Of a DNA stretch of 64,000 nt, positions 34,301 through 42,956 are shown in pieces. Below the pieces are notes generated by a model. The model saw only the letters and a list, made by a program, of their open reading frames with translations, was not told the DNA's origin and searched no databases. This stretch comes from a bacterium. Its GTDB lineage: Bacteria; Bacteroidota; Bacteroidia; Bacteroidales; UBA3663. The first letter of the stretch is position 1, and every line of letters begins with the position of its first letter. The translations under genes and the position numbers were made by a program. The stretch is from contig CAVGQN010000005.1 of NCBI GenBank assembly GCA_963631395.1, forward strand, positions 8,446 to 72,445. The letters run 5' to 3'.

Positions 34301-34910
34301 CTATCAGGACATCACAGGCCTGCCGAACGGCATGTATCTGGTTAAGATGAAAGGTTTCTACCGCTATGGCACTACTTCGCAGGACTACGCACACTATGCA
34401 GCTGGTGAGGATGGTCTGGCCTACATCTACGCCATCGCCACCAACGATACCGTCAAGGGTCATGTCAAGCACCTGTGCAGCTACGAGACCAGCTTCGAGG
34501 AGCAGCAGGGTGTCGGCACAGAGACTACCTTCACCACCGGTAGCGATGTTGTACGGTATGTTCCTAACGACATTGTTTCTGCCCGCAACTACTTCGACTT
34601 GGGCTTGTTCGAGAACGGTGTCTATGTCAAGGTTACTGACAACAAGCTCCGCATCGGTATCAGCCAGGAAACAAGCGTTACCGGAGGTTGGATGATTATG
34701 GACGACTGGACGCTGACTTACTACGGTGAAAACAGCACCAAGGAGGAAGGTCTGGGTCTCGCCGCTATCGAGGACAATGCTCCTGTAGCTTCTGTCGAGA
34801 TGTTCAACATCAATGGCCAGCCAGTCAATGCTCTCCAGCAGGGTGTTACCCTGGTTCGCACGACTTCAAGCAACGGAACTGTAACCGTACGCAAAGTCAC
34901 TGTCAAGTAA
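31344..34910 (+). CDS. Large T9SS-secreted protein with three paralogous beta-sandwich (CBM-like) modules separated by helical linkers
   Basis: Start taken at ATG 31344 (MKQRLLVVSAALLLMGSAAMA); the track start at 31311 is GTG. Three modules share GW..., FDIYQ/YDFYQ, PxGxY, GFFR/GFYR, YxPNDMxSAxxxFDxGxY and WxIxDxxxLTYxG motifs. The CTD reads VEMFNINGQPV...VTVRKVTVK. Confidence 0.85.
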   Translation: MKQRLLVVSAALLLMGSAAMAKVVDGVRQFPSLPLPNFSELVQDGTTVQYLYNVDAQSFFRGANDWMTRATMDDTLGYKFKINVEGTNVAGDTTYVSLSDYVLKFSAYYKVFADGTTGIWVDNNNGANANTWVITPVEGSSLFTIGNAAYPGTVLGGFRGDVGTVGVNDCTSAGIYLNLVKPDSVGLCATWAAVSETDYKAYIDANTETIRTLVGQYNKSGELKAKIDECKQAEGFTVPAKYTTIYEDESKTVAELEQAIADLAADYTDFVNNKASQATLDNPVEITSQIANVDGSSITNWTRTFTGEGSTGSLKCNTWSTEGASDGTNMLTPFIENWASAGNSLSDQIVQHDTVKVAPGAYLITARVRCYNESSGAESSKGYSLFANNNSVDLHEEGGDYFTYNSMLGYWKSEPFEVYAVVSADSCLTFGMKLEGADFNWLAHKDYHIYALGQTDEALKKAASANPSVKKYKKDDYITASLRDEWNVCADKYLNGETAAEIMQAQLDLNALKDTISKNAAAWASLLVEYEAAKKVAGNTSISGDDVAELADYLEMEFEELLEAKELTTEEIKAEEAKISEMRQAAIQNGLAAGTDFSDYLTNTDFSQGTTGWTFNKISGSTCVANASAKCAEGWNANFDIYQIVRNAPVGVYKITVQGFFRKGRGDDAWNLYYDEYGEKLEEDQLPASMAYVYMNDNKTPLNSVFDNQVPNGEVYSSGTYTDPNGTYWYPNDMTSAGAAFDAGYYQMSAFGLVAQKGDSLRIGMKGDLSGGDNWAIFTRCKLTYEGFDASIIQPELEKAIKAMDLTVTMGSEVLTNAQEVKASAENVDKTDGKAMFEALAAIYAVNTKVSESETLFANLKDKNEAFLTTISESQAAEATKTDAATLYNEIADAIDGGSYTNADAEAAITKIAEMTVKLAIPDAASSASDENPVDMTSLLQSPGFEKEGSNSVEGWTCTTTGYSFGNSTTQKAALCIEFYEKTYDFYQDITGLPNGMYLVKMKGFYRYGTTSQDYAHYAAGEDGLAYIYAIATNDTVKGHVKHLCSYETSFEEQQGVGTETTFTTGSDVVRYVPNDIVSARNYFDLGLFENGVYVKVTDNKLRIGISQETSVTGGWMIMDDWTLTYYGENSTKEEGLGLAAIEDNAPVASVEMFNINGQPVNALQQGVTLVRTTSSNGTVTVRKVTVK

Positions 34911-35001
34911 TATGACACTTGAAATAATCTAAATTCCAAAAAATATGGGGACCGGGGAGGGTCGTCCGCCAGCTCCGGTTCCTGTATTTCATTTTCCGAC
35001 T

Positions 35002-37809
35002 ATGATAAACAATAGACTTGCCAACAGAAAAGAGTCCCGGCAGCAGAACAAGACTTCGCTCCAGGTCCAGATGGCATGCGGCATCCTCCTTATGTCGGTG
35101 GGACTGCAGTCGTGCGAGAAGGACATCCTGACCGGACAACCCGAGTGGTTGGGTAACTCCATTTACGAACGCCTGGAAGAAGGCATCGAGGTCAATGGCC
35201 AGGTGCAGAGCTTCGATATCACGCTTAACCTCATCAACGACTTGGGCCAAAAGGACGTGCTGTCCAAGACCGGCTCGAAGACTCTGTTCGTCACGACCGA
35301 CTCAGCCTATGCCGAGTGGTTCAGGACCAACGACTGGGGCGTGAGAAACTACGAAGACCTGTCGACATCGCAGAAGAAGCTTTTGCTCAACAACTCGATG
35401 ATCAACAATGCCTACCTGCTTGAACTCATGTCGAACGTGAGCGGCAACCCGCCGCAGGAAGGTCTCTGCATGCGCCGCCCGACGGCTTCCAGCATCTACG
35501 ACTCCATCCCCGTTATGACGGTCAGCGAGATGCCTGTCGATCCGCTCCTGAAGACTCGTCTCGACTCGTGGGCTTCTCTGCGCGAGGCCGGCAAGGATAT
35601 TCGTATACTCAAGAACGACGACGCAGCGCCGATGATTCACTTCCTGCCCGAATTCATGTCGAAAAACAAGATTACGGACAGCGACCTCGAGATTCTGACC
35701 AACGGCAACTCGAAGAGCATCGCCGACTCCTGGATCAATGGCAAGAAGGTAATAAGCACGGACCAGACCTGCAAGAACGGCTATATATATGTTGTGGACG
35801 GAGTGATCGAGTCCAACAAGAACATGGCCGAGATTATCAGCTCTGAGCCGCAGATGTCGCGTTGGGCCAGCATGCTCAACCGATTCAGCACACCGGTGCC
35901 AGCTACGGGTTCTACGCTCGCCAACTTCCAGCGTCTGTACAACACTTCCGATACGTGCTACGTGCTCCGCTATTTCTCAAAGGCTTCGCAAGGGGCAGCA
36001 GCGTTGAGCAAGACACCGCAGGGATACAGCGTTCCCGCCACGCTGACTTTCGACCCGGGCATGAACCAGTACATGTGGGCCAACACGATGGGCTACGACA
36101 TGCACTACGACGCCGGAGCCATGATCGTGCCGACCGACGAGGCACTCGCTACATGGTGGGACAACGCAGGCAAGGGCCTGCAGCAGGAGTACGGCACCTG
36201 GGAGAATGTGCCTGCCCTGACTATTTCAAAACTTCTTAATGTCAACATGCTTTCGTCGTTCGTCGATGCCGTACCTTCCAAGTTCGGCTCTATCGTCGAT
36301 GACTCGAAAGTGGAACTCGGCATCGAGCCCGAGGATGTAGTGAAATGCTACATGGGCTGCAACGGCGTGGTTTACCTCGTCAACAAGGTGTTCGGCCCGA
36401 GCGAATACAGCTCGGTCGTCTATCCGGCCCTGGCGCACCAGAGTATCATGGGCGTCATTTACTATGCTATCGACAACTATGATTTCGGACCGTTCCTCAA
36501 CTCTATGGAGTCGGAGTTCAGTCTGATTTTGCCATACAACGTGACCCAAAGCTATGACGGCGAGCACGAGGTGCTTCTTTATCTCGACCCGTCATCGTAC
36601 GGCCTCTCTACTCAAGTCATGTACGAATTCTATTTCGACGACGAGAGCCAGATGCCGAAGTGCGACCGCTATCAGGTTACCATCGACTCTTTGACCCACG
36701 AACTTACCTACATGAACAAGTTGCCTGAGCCTTCGGCCGACGCTTCGAGCACAAGCGGCGTCATCAACAACCGCCTCAGCGACTTGATCGACAACTCGAT
36801 TATCGTCGGTCTGCTCAAGCCCGGCCAGGAGTACTACAAGACCAAAGCCGGCAGCGTCATCCGCGCCGTGACTTCCGACCCGCGTCAGTCTGTCACCTTC
36901 CAGGGCGGTTACCAGATGGAAACCGGCGAGAGCATTGTGGTCGACAGGACGAACATCTACGACTTGACCAAGGAAACCAATGGCAAGGGTAACGGTATTT
37001 CCTACGGCGTAGGCGATTCAATCGGCCGCAGCCTTTGCATTCCGTTCACGGCTTCCAAGTCCGTTTACCAGATTCTGAAAGAAGCCGACAGCGACGACGC
37101 TTCGACTTCCAAGCTCTTCTTCAAGTTGTTGTCGGAAGACCCGACCACCGACGCCCTCCTGGCTTCGGAGACGGGTAGCGGCACAAAGTACTATTGCGCC
37201 AACGACCAGTCGAACAAGAACATCCGCCTCTTCGACAACTACAACTACACGGTCTATGTGCCTGCCGATTCGTCTATACAGAACATGATAGACATGGGCT
37301 ACTTGCCGACATGGGACGACTATGAGGCCTACAGCGACGCCGTCGACAGCGGTGACAAGAATGCCGTTGCCGCTCAGGACAGCATCGCCGAAATCATCCA
37401 CAGTTTCCTCCGCTATCACATCCAGGACAATGCCGTCTACATCGGCGGCGAGTCCGTGACTGGTGCCAAGTACGAGTCGTCGAAACTCAACACCAGGAAC
37501 AACCGATTCTTCTCTCTCGAAGTGACAGCATCCAATGACGGCATGACCATCAAGGACGCCTGGACAATCAGCCAGGAGAATGCGGGCAAGACGGGTGTGA
37601 CACGCAAGGTGATTACGGACAATGGTTTCTACAACAAGACGAGCCGCGAGTATTGGTTTACGACCAAGGCCACGTCGGCTGTCGTTGCCGCCAACCGCCA
37701 GATCTATTCTTCTTCCAATGCCGTTGTGCATCAGATAGACGGTGTCCTGCTGTATGACAGGGACGCTCAGTTCACCAGTTGGAAATCCCATTTGCCTGAG
37801 ACGAAATAA
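35002..37809 (+). CDS. Fasciclin (FAS1)-like surface lipoprotein, large
   Basis: Start taken at MINNRL (35002). Lipobox LMSVGLQSC, then CEKD. FAS1-like segments (DLGQKDVLSKTGSKTLFVTTDSAY; YNYTVYVPADSSIQNMI). It lies immediately upstream of SusC. Confidence 0.7.
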   Translation: MINNRLANRKESRQQNKTSLQVQMACGILLMSVGLQSCEKDILTGQPEWLGNSIYERLEEGIEVNGQVQSFDITLNLINDLGQKDVLSKTGSKTLFVTTDSAYAEWFRTNDWGVRNYEDLSTSQKKLLLNNSMINNAYLLELMSNVSGNPPQEGLCMRRPTASSIYDSIPVMTVSEMPVDPLLKTRLDSWASLREAGKDIRILKNDDAAPMIHFLPEFMSKNKITDSDLEILTNGNSKSIADSWINGKKVISTDQTCKNGYIYVVDGVIESNKNMAEIISSEPQMSRWASMLNRFSTPVPATGSTLANFQRLYNTSDTCYVLRYFSKASQGAAALSKTPQGYSVPATLTFDPGMNQYMWANTMGYDMHYDAGAMIVPTDEALATWWDNAGKGLQQEYGTWENVPALTISKLLNVNMLSSFVDAVPSKFGSIVDDSKVELGIEPEDVVKCYMGCNGVVYLVNKVFGPSEYSSVVYPALAHQSIMGVIYYAIDNYDFGPFLNSMESEFSLILPYNVTQSYDGEHEVLLYLDPSSYGLSTQVMYEFYFDDESQMPKCDRYQVTIDSLTHELTYMNKLPEPSADASSTSGVINNRLSDLIDNSIIVGLLKPGQEYYKTKAGSVIRAVTSDPRQSVTFQGGYQMETGESIVVDRTNIYDLTKETNGKGNGISYGVGDSIGRSLCIPFTASKSVYQILKEADSDDASTSKLFFKLLSEDPTTDALLASETGSGTKYYCANDQSNKNIRLFDNYNYTVYVPADSSIQNMIDMGYLPTWDDYEAYSDAVDSGDKNAVAAQDSIAEIIHSFLRYHIQDNAVYIGGESVTGAKYESSKLNTRNNRFFSLEVTASNDGMTIKDAWTISQENAGKTGVTRKVITDNGFYNKTSREYWFTTKATSAVVAANRQIYSSSNAVVHQIDGVLLYDRDAQFTSWKSHLPETK

Positions 37810-37819
37810 CTAACCGATT

Positions 37820-40800
37820 ATGAAGACAAATATGCTATATAGAACAGTAGCCTTGCTGTCCTGTCTGCTGCTTTCGTGCACCATACAGATTATGGCACAG
37901 CAGATAACCTCCGTACACGGTACGGTGGAGGACGAGTTCGGTCCGTTGATGGCTGCTACCGTAGTGGAGATTGATGCCAATGGCCGTGTGATTTCTTCGG
38001 CACTGACCGACATGAACGGCAACTTCACTATGAAGATCATGAACCCGAAGGATAAACTCCGCATTCAGTATGTGGGTTTGAACACCAAGACGCTGCCCAT
38101 CGACCGTACGACCTACAAGGTCTTTATGGAGTCCGGACAGACGCTGAAGGAGGTGACCGTCGTACGCGAGAAACGTATGGAGGGCAACTCGCTCCACATT
38201 CCCGAGCGTGAGGTCTCTTTCGCCAAGCAGTCCATCTCCGCTCAGGAGTTCGAGGGCTTGGGTATCAACACCATCGACGAGGCTCTGCAGGGCCGTATCG
38301 CCGGTTTGGACATTATTTCCCTTTCGGGTAACCTCGGTTCGGGATCTACGATGCGTCTGCGCGGTGCTTCGTCCTTGTCTTCCCTCACGAACGAGAACCC
38401 GCTGGTTGTCGTCGACGGCAATGTGTGGGATGTCGATATGTCGAACTTCGACCTCGCTGCCAGCAATGACGAGAAGTTCGCCGAGTTGCTGAACATCAAT
38501 ACGGAGGATATCGCCTCCATCACGGTGCTCAAGGACGCTTCGGCTACGGCTATCTACGGTTCGCAGGGCGGTAACGGCGTCATCGAGTTGACGACCAAGC
38601 GCGGTATGCGTGGCAAGCCGAAGCTGACTTACACGATGAAGCTGACCAGCACCTACCAGCCTAAGGGCATGGACCTGCTGAACGGCGACGACTACACGAT
38701 GCTGCTCAAGGAGTCTTACTTCAACCCGCAGCAGAGTGACGCTGCCTCCAATATCCCGGAGATTAACTACGACCCGACCTTCTCCGAGTACGAGCAGTAC
38801 AACAACAATACGGACTGGCGTGATGCCGTCACACAGTGGGGTCTGCGTCAGAACCACTATCTGACCATCTCCGGCGGTGGCGAGCGTGCCACGTTCCGTA
38901 TCTCGGGCGGTTTCGACAACGAGACCGGTAGTATCATCAAGCAGGAACTGAGCCGTTTCTCTACGCGTGCCAACCTCGACTACAACGTCAGCAAGCGCAT
39001 CCGCGTCCAGACGAACTTCTCGATGACCTATACCAAGAACTACCGCAACTCTGACGGCTTGCTGTCCATTGCCCAGAAGAAGATGCCTAATATGAGCATC
39101 TACGAGCAGGACCCCAATACGGGCGAAAACACCAACCGCTACTACAACATGCTGCAGAGCGGTGCCAACATCGGTAGTGACGCCTTCAAGGACGACCAGC
39201 GCAATTATGTCAACCCGATTGCCTCTGCCCATTTGGCCAAGAACATCCAGACGACCTACAACCTGTCGCCTGAGTTGGTGCTCAACTACGAGCTGCTCGG
39301 CCTGGACGAAAACCACACACGTCTGACGTGGAGAGGCCAGGTCTATATGAATATATATAATGAGTATGTGGACCGTTACTATCCGTCTGAACTCGTTTCG
39401 ACAACCTGGACTTCCGGTCACAACACTTCGTCTTCTGCCAGCAACAAGAGTGTGTCTTTGACCACCAAGCATACGCTGACCCTCGTTCCTTACTTCTCCA
39501 ACAAGGACCATTCGATTATGGCTTTGGCCCGTATGGAGTTGAACTCGGGCAATTCGACGGGACAGTCTACGTCGGGCAGCGGTCTGCCTTCAGGCAGCAT
39601 CACAAGTCCTGATGCCGGCGGCAAGAACACGGGCTTGAGTTCCAGCTACGCCGAGTGGCGCTCGCTCTACTTCACTCTTTCGGTACACTACGCCTACAAG
39701 AGCCGTTACATGCTTGACGTTTCCGCCCGTGCCGATGCTACGACCAAGTTCGGTCCGGATAAGCGCTGGGGTGTGTTCCCCTCTGTTTCTCTGCGATGGA
39801 ACATGGTGGACGAGGCCTTCATGGAGGGCCTGAAGGAGAAGGGCCTTTCAATGTTGTCTATCCGTCCCAGTTGGGGTATTACGGGTAAAGCGCCCAACAA
39901 GGATTACCTCTACGTTTCCCAGTACGGCTCAGCCTCTTCTTACTTGGGTGTCCAGACCATGGCTCCGCTCAACCTGAAGCTCACCAACCTGCAGTGGGAG
40001 ACCAGAAACCAGTATAACCTCGGTTTCGACCTCGGATTTATGGACGACCGTCTGACCACAACGTTTGAGGTCTACAAGTCCACCACATCCGACATGTTGA
40101 TGTCTAACTTCCGCATCCCGTCCAATACCGGTTTCCAGACGGTCGCTTACCGCAACTGCGGCAAGATGAGCAATACGGGTTGGGAATTCTATGTCAACAC
40201 GAACCGACTGGTCCGCAAGGGTAAGTTTACGATGGATTTCAACATGAACTTCGGCAACAACCGCAACGAAATCCTTGAGATGGACCAGACGGTGCTCGAC
40301 AACCTCAACTCTACCTTCGACAATGCCAACCGCGATGTGCTCACCCGCATCCAACTGCACAACCCCTTCGGTTCTATCTACGGCTTCCGGAGCAAGGGCG
40401 TCTACCAGTACGAGTACGAGACCTTTGCCGCTCTGAGCCCAGACGAGCAGACGGCATTCCTGGCAGCCGGCAAGACCGCCCCTGTGGCTCTCAATGCCGC
40501 CGGTGGTGTCATCTACAACGAGAACGGCGAGCCTATCCGCATGATGTTTAACTACTCCAACGACGGTTCGGGCAAGAACTACTACTTCAAGGGTGGCGAT
40601 GCCCACTATGAGGATGTCAACAACGACGGACAGATCAACGCCCTCGACATTGTCTACCTCGGTTCGTCGCTGCCTAAGTTGCTCGGCGGTTTCGGCTTCT
40701 CGTTCAACTACGGAGACTGGCGTTTGAGCACTCAGTTCACCTATCGTGTCGGCAACAAGATTCTGAATCTTGCCCGTCTCGATGCTGAGGCTATGAACAA

Positions 40801-41167
40801 CAACAACAACCAGAGCCAGGCCGTCAACTACCGCTGGCGCAAGGAGGGCGATGTGACCTCTATCCCGCGTGCCATGTACGGTTCGACGACCAACTACAAC
40901 ACGCTGATCAGCGACCGTTTTGTTGAGAATGGTTCTTACCTGCGTATGAGCTATGCTCAGCTCTCTTACTCGCTGAAGAAGGAGTGGGTCAAGAAAGCAC
41001 ACCTCAACAAGGTCAGCTTCTACTTGAGTGCCAACAATCCGCTTATCCTTACAAAATACACGGGTGTGGATCCGGATATCAGCAGCAGCGGCTATGGCCC
41101 GGCTACGGATAGCGCACAGACCCCGCGTGCCCGTTCATTTACATTCGGTTTGACAGTCGACTTCTAA
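37820..41167 (+). CDS. SusC/RagA-family TonB-dependent outer-membrane transporter
   Basis: 1115 aa. Signal peptide, carboxypeptidase-regulatory-like N-domain (VHGTVEDEFGPLMAATVVEIDANG), plug (IDEALQGRIAGLDI...LRGASSL...PLVVVDG), a long barrel, and a terminal aromatic residue (TVDF). Confidence 0.95.
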   Translation: MKTNMLYRTVALLSCLLLSCTIQIMAQQITSVHGTVEDEFGPLMAATVVEIDANGRVISSALTDMNGNFTMKIMNPKDKLRIQYVGLNTKTLPIDRTTYKVFMESGQTLKEVTVVREKRMEGNSLHIPEREVSFAKQSISAQEFEGLGINTIDEALQGRIAGLDIISLSGNLGSGSTMRLRGASSLSSLTNENPLVVVDGNVWDVDMSNFDLAASNDEKFAELLNINTEDIASITVLKDASATAIYGSQGGNGVIELTTKRGMRGKPKLTYTMKLTSTYQPKGMDLLNGDDYTMLLKESYFNPQQSDAASNIPEINYDPTFSEYEQYNNNTDWRDAVTQWGLRQNHYLTISGGGERATFRISGGFDNETGSIIKQELSRFSTRANLDYNVSKRIRVQTNFSMTYTKNYRNSDGLLSIAQKKMPNMSIYEQDPNTGENTNRYYNMLQSGANIGSDAFKDDQRNYVNPIASAHLAKNIQTTYNLSPELVLNYELLGLDENHTRLTWRGQVYMNIYNEYVDRYYPSELVSTTWTSGHNTSSSASNKSVSLTTKHTLTLVPYFSNKDHSIMALARMELNSGNSTGQSTSGSGLPSGSITSPDAGGKNTGLSSSYAEWRSLYFTLSVHYAYKSRYMLDVSARADATTKFGPDKRWGVFPSVSLRWNMVDEAFMEGLKEKGLSMLSIRPSWGITGKAPNKDYLYVSQYGSASSYLGVQTMAPLNLKLTNLQWETRNQYNLGFDLGFMDDRLTTTFEVYKSTTSDMLMSNFRIPSNTGFQTVAYRNCGKMSNTGWEFYVNTNRLVRKGKFTMDFNMNFGNNRNEILEMDQTVLDNLNSTFDNANRDVLTRIQLHNPFGSIYGFRSKGVYQYEYETFAALSPDEQTAFLAAGKTAPVALNAAGGVIYNENGEPIRMMFNYSNDGSGKNYYFKGGDAHYEDVNNDGQINALDIVYLGSSLPKLLGGFGFSFNYGDWRLSTQFTYRVGNKILNLARLDAEAMNNNNNQSQAVNYRWRKEGDVTSIPRAMYGSTTNYNTLISDRFVENGSYLRMSYAQLSYSLKKEWVKKAHLNKVSFYLSANNPLILTKYTGVDPDISSSGYGPATDSAQTPRARSFTFGLTVDF

Positions 41168-42942
41168 TGCCTTTACTTACAATGAAGAGAAATATATTAA
41201 ATATGTCGGCAGCATTGCTGCTCTCAGCAACCACTCTGAGCAGTTGCAGCGATTTCCTGGAAATCGAGCCGCAGAACATCGTCACCATCGACCAGTTCTG
41301 GAATGAAGAGTCGGACGTCGAGAGCGTGGTGAACGGTTGCTACAGTGCCATGCAGTCGTATGGCATGATAGCCAGAATGATGATTTGGGGAGAGTTCCGT
41401 TCGGAGAACATCGTCTCTTATGCCAACACCATCGAGAGTGATGTCAACCTGGAGCGTATTCTCGACGAGAACATTACGGCCAACAACTCCTATACCGATT
41501 GGACGGAGTTCTATCAAGTCATCAACCGGTGCAACATCATCATCGAGCGCGCTCCGTTGGTGGCCGAGAATGACCCTGCCTACACCTCCAGCGAGATGTA
41601 TGCACACATTGCCGAGGCTACGGCCATCCGTTCGTTGTGCTATTTCTACCTGATCCGCACGTTCCGCGATGTGCCTTACACTGAGGAGGCTTTCCTCGAC
41701 GACAATCAGAAGCTGGACCTCGAGCCGACTACCTTTGAGGAGGTGCTTGCCAAGCTAATTAGTTCGCTCGAAGCTGTCAAGGACTATGCCGTGACCAAGT
41801 ATCCGGAGTCTACAGGCTATGCAAGGTATTATGACACGGGACGTATCACCCGTACCGCTATCTATGCCATGCTTTGCGAAATGTATCTGTGGCAGAATGA
41901 CTATGCCAACTGTATCAAATATGCCGACCTGGTCATCGACCGCAAGTTGGAAGAGGCTGAGCAGAGCGAGGATTTCTTTACCTCTGACTTCAGCGACTTC
42001 AACGGTTATCCGCTGATTTCTTCCCGCCTCAACAATATGTCGACCTATTTCGGTGCTGCATTCAACAGCATCTTCGTCACCGGCAACAGTTCGGAGAGCA
42101 TACTCGAACTTACCTTCGTCGGCACCGACGGCACGACGTTGTCCAACGGCCCTGTCAGCAACTTCTACGGCAACACCGGCAGGTCTCCTTTCTGCAAAGG
42201 CTCTGACTATATCTCCGAGGATGTAACTGCCGCCACGCCTATAGTCTTCAACAACAAGTACGATGGCCGAGCATACGAGAACTTCTTCTATCAGGGAGGG
42301 GAAGTGCTTTGCATCAACAAGTATTCCAACAGCACGGGTGTCAACCTTTACGACCCGTCTGTCTCAACCTCGTTCTTTAAGAACAGCGCTTGGGGTACAT
42401 TCTACGATACGTATGGTTCGGGTTATGACTCGCGCAACAAGTCGAACTTTATCCTTTACCGTCTGACCGACATCATGCTGCTCAAGGCCGAGGCTTTGAC
42501 CCAGCAGATCAGCGACGAGGCAGTGCTTAACGAGGAAGATCTCGTTCTCCGCGACAAGGCATTCTCTTTGGTCAACGCTGTCAACAAGCGCTCTTTGTAC
42601 CAGACTACACTCAAGGACACGCTTGTGATGAGCAACTACGCCACCAAGCTTGACATCACCAATCTGGTGTATGACGAGCGTGAGCGCGAGCTGATGTTCG
42701 AGGGCAAGCGTTATTACGACTTGGTGCGTCGTGCCCGCCGTGAGGGCAATACCTCTTATCTCAAGAGCAAGGTCAAACTGAAGAGTACAGACAATGCTTC
42801 CGTCATCGAGAACCAGTTCGAGAAGATGGACCGTATGTACTGGCCTTACAACCTCGACGAGACCAAGGTCAACAAGAACCTCAAGCAGAATTCGGCCTTC
42901 AGTTCGGGTGAGAACAGCAGTTATTCAAAAACCGCCAATTAA
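41167..42942 (+). CDS. SusD/RagB-family nutrient-binding lipoprotein
   Basis: 591 aa. Lipobox LSSCSDF. SusD-like motifs (RSLCYFYLIRTFRDVPY; ERERELMFEGKRYYDLVRR). The start overlaps the SusC stop (TAATG); an alternative start is MKRNIL at 41182. Confidence 0.9.
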   Translation: MPLLTMKRNILNMSAALLLSATTLSSCSDFLEIEPQNIVTIDQFWNEESDVESVVNGCYSAMQSYGMIARMMIWGEFRSENIVSYANTIESDVNLERILDENITANNSYTDWTEFYQVINRCNIIIERAPLVAENDPAYTSSEMYAHIAEATAIRSLCYFYLIRTFRDVPYTEEAFLDDNQKLDLEPTTFEEVLAKLISSLEAVKDYAVTKYPESTGYARYYDTGRITRTAIYAMLCEMYLWQNDYANCIKYADLVIDRKLEEAEQSEDFFTSDFSDFNGYPLISSRLNNMSTYFGAAFNSIFVTGNSSESILELTFVGTDGTTLSNGPVSNFYGNTGRSPFCKGSDYISEDVTAATPIVFNNKYDGRAYENFFYQGGEVLCINKYSNSTGVNLYDPSVSTSFFKNSAWGTFYDTYGSGYDSRNKSNFILYRLTDIMLLKAEALTQQISDEAVLNEEDLVLRDKAFSLVNAVNKRSLYQTTLKDTLVMSNYATKLDITNLVYDERERELMFEGKRYYDLVRRARREGNTSYLKSKVKLKSTDNASVIENQFEKMDRMYWPYNLDETKVNKNLKQNSAFSSGENSSYSKTAN

Positions 42943-42956
42943 TAGTCCGTCTAACT

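Noticed and set aside
34950-34995. GC-rich imperfect hairpin after the 31344-34910 gene as a terminator
   Set aside because: The stem has several mismatches (about 8 of 11 paired). That is too weak to call, and I used it only as a mild argument for placing the next gene start at 35002.
37835-41002. 558-aa and 357-aa minus-strand ORFs opposite SusC (37835-39511, 39929-41002)
   Set aside because: They are antisense to a well-supported SusC/RagA gene. Their composition is V/R/G/L/D-rich with no signal peptide or motifs.
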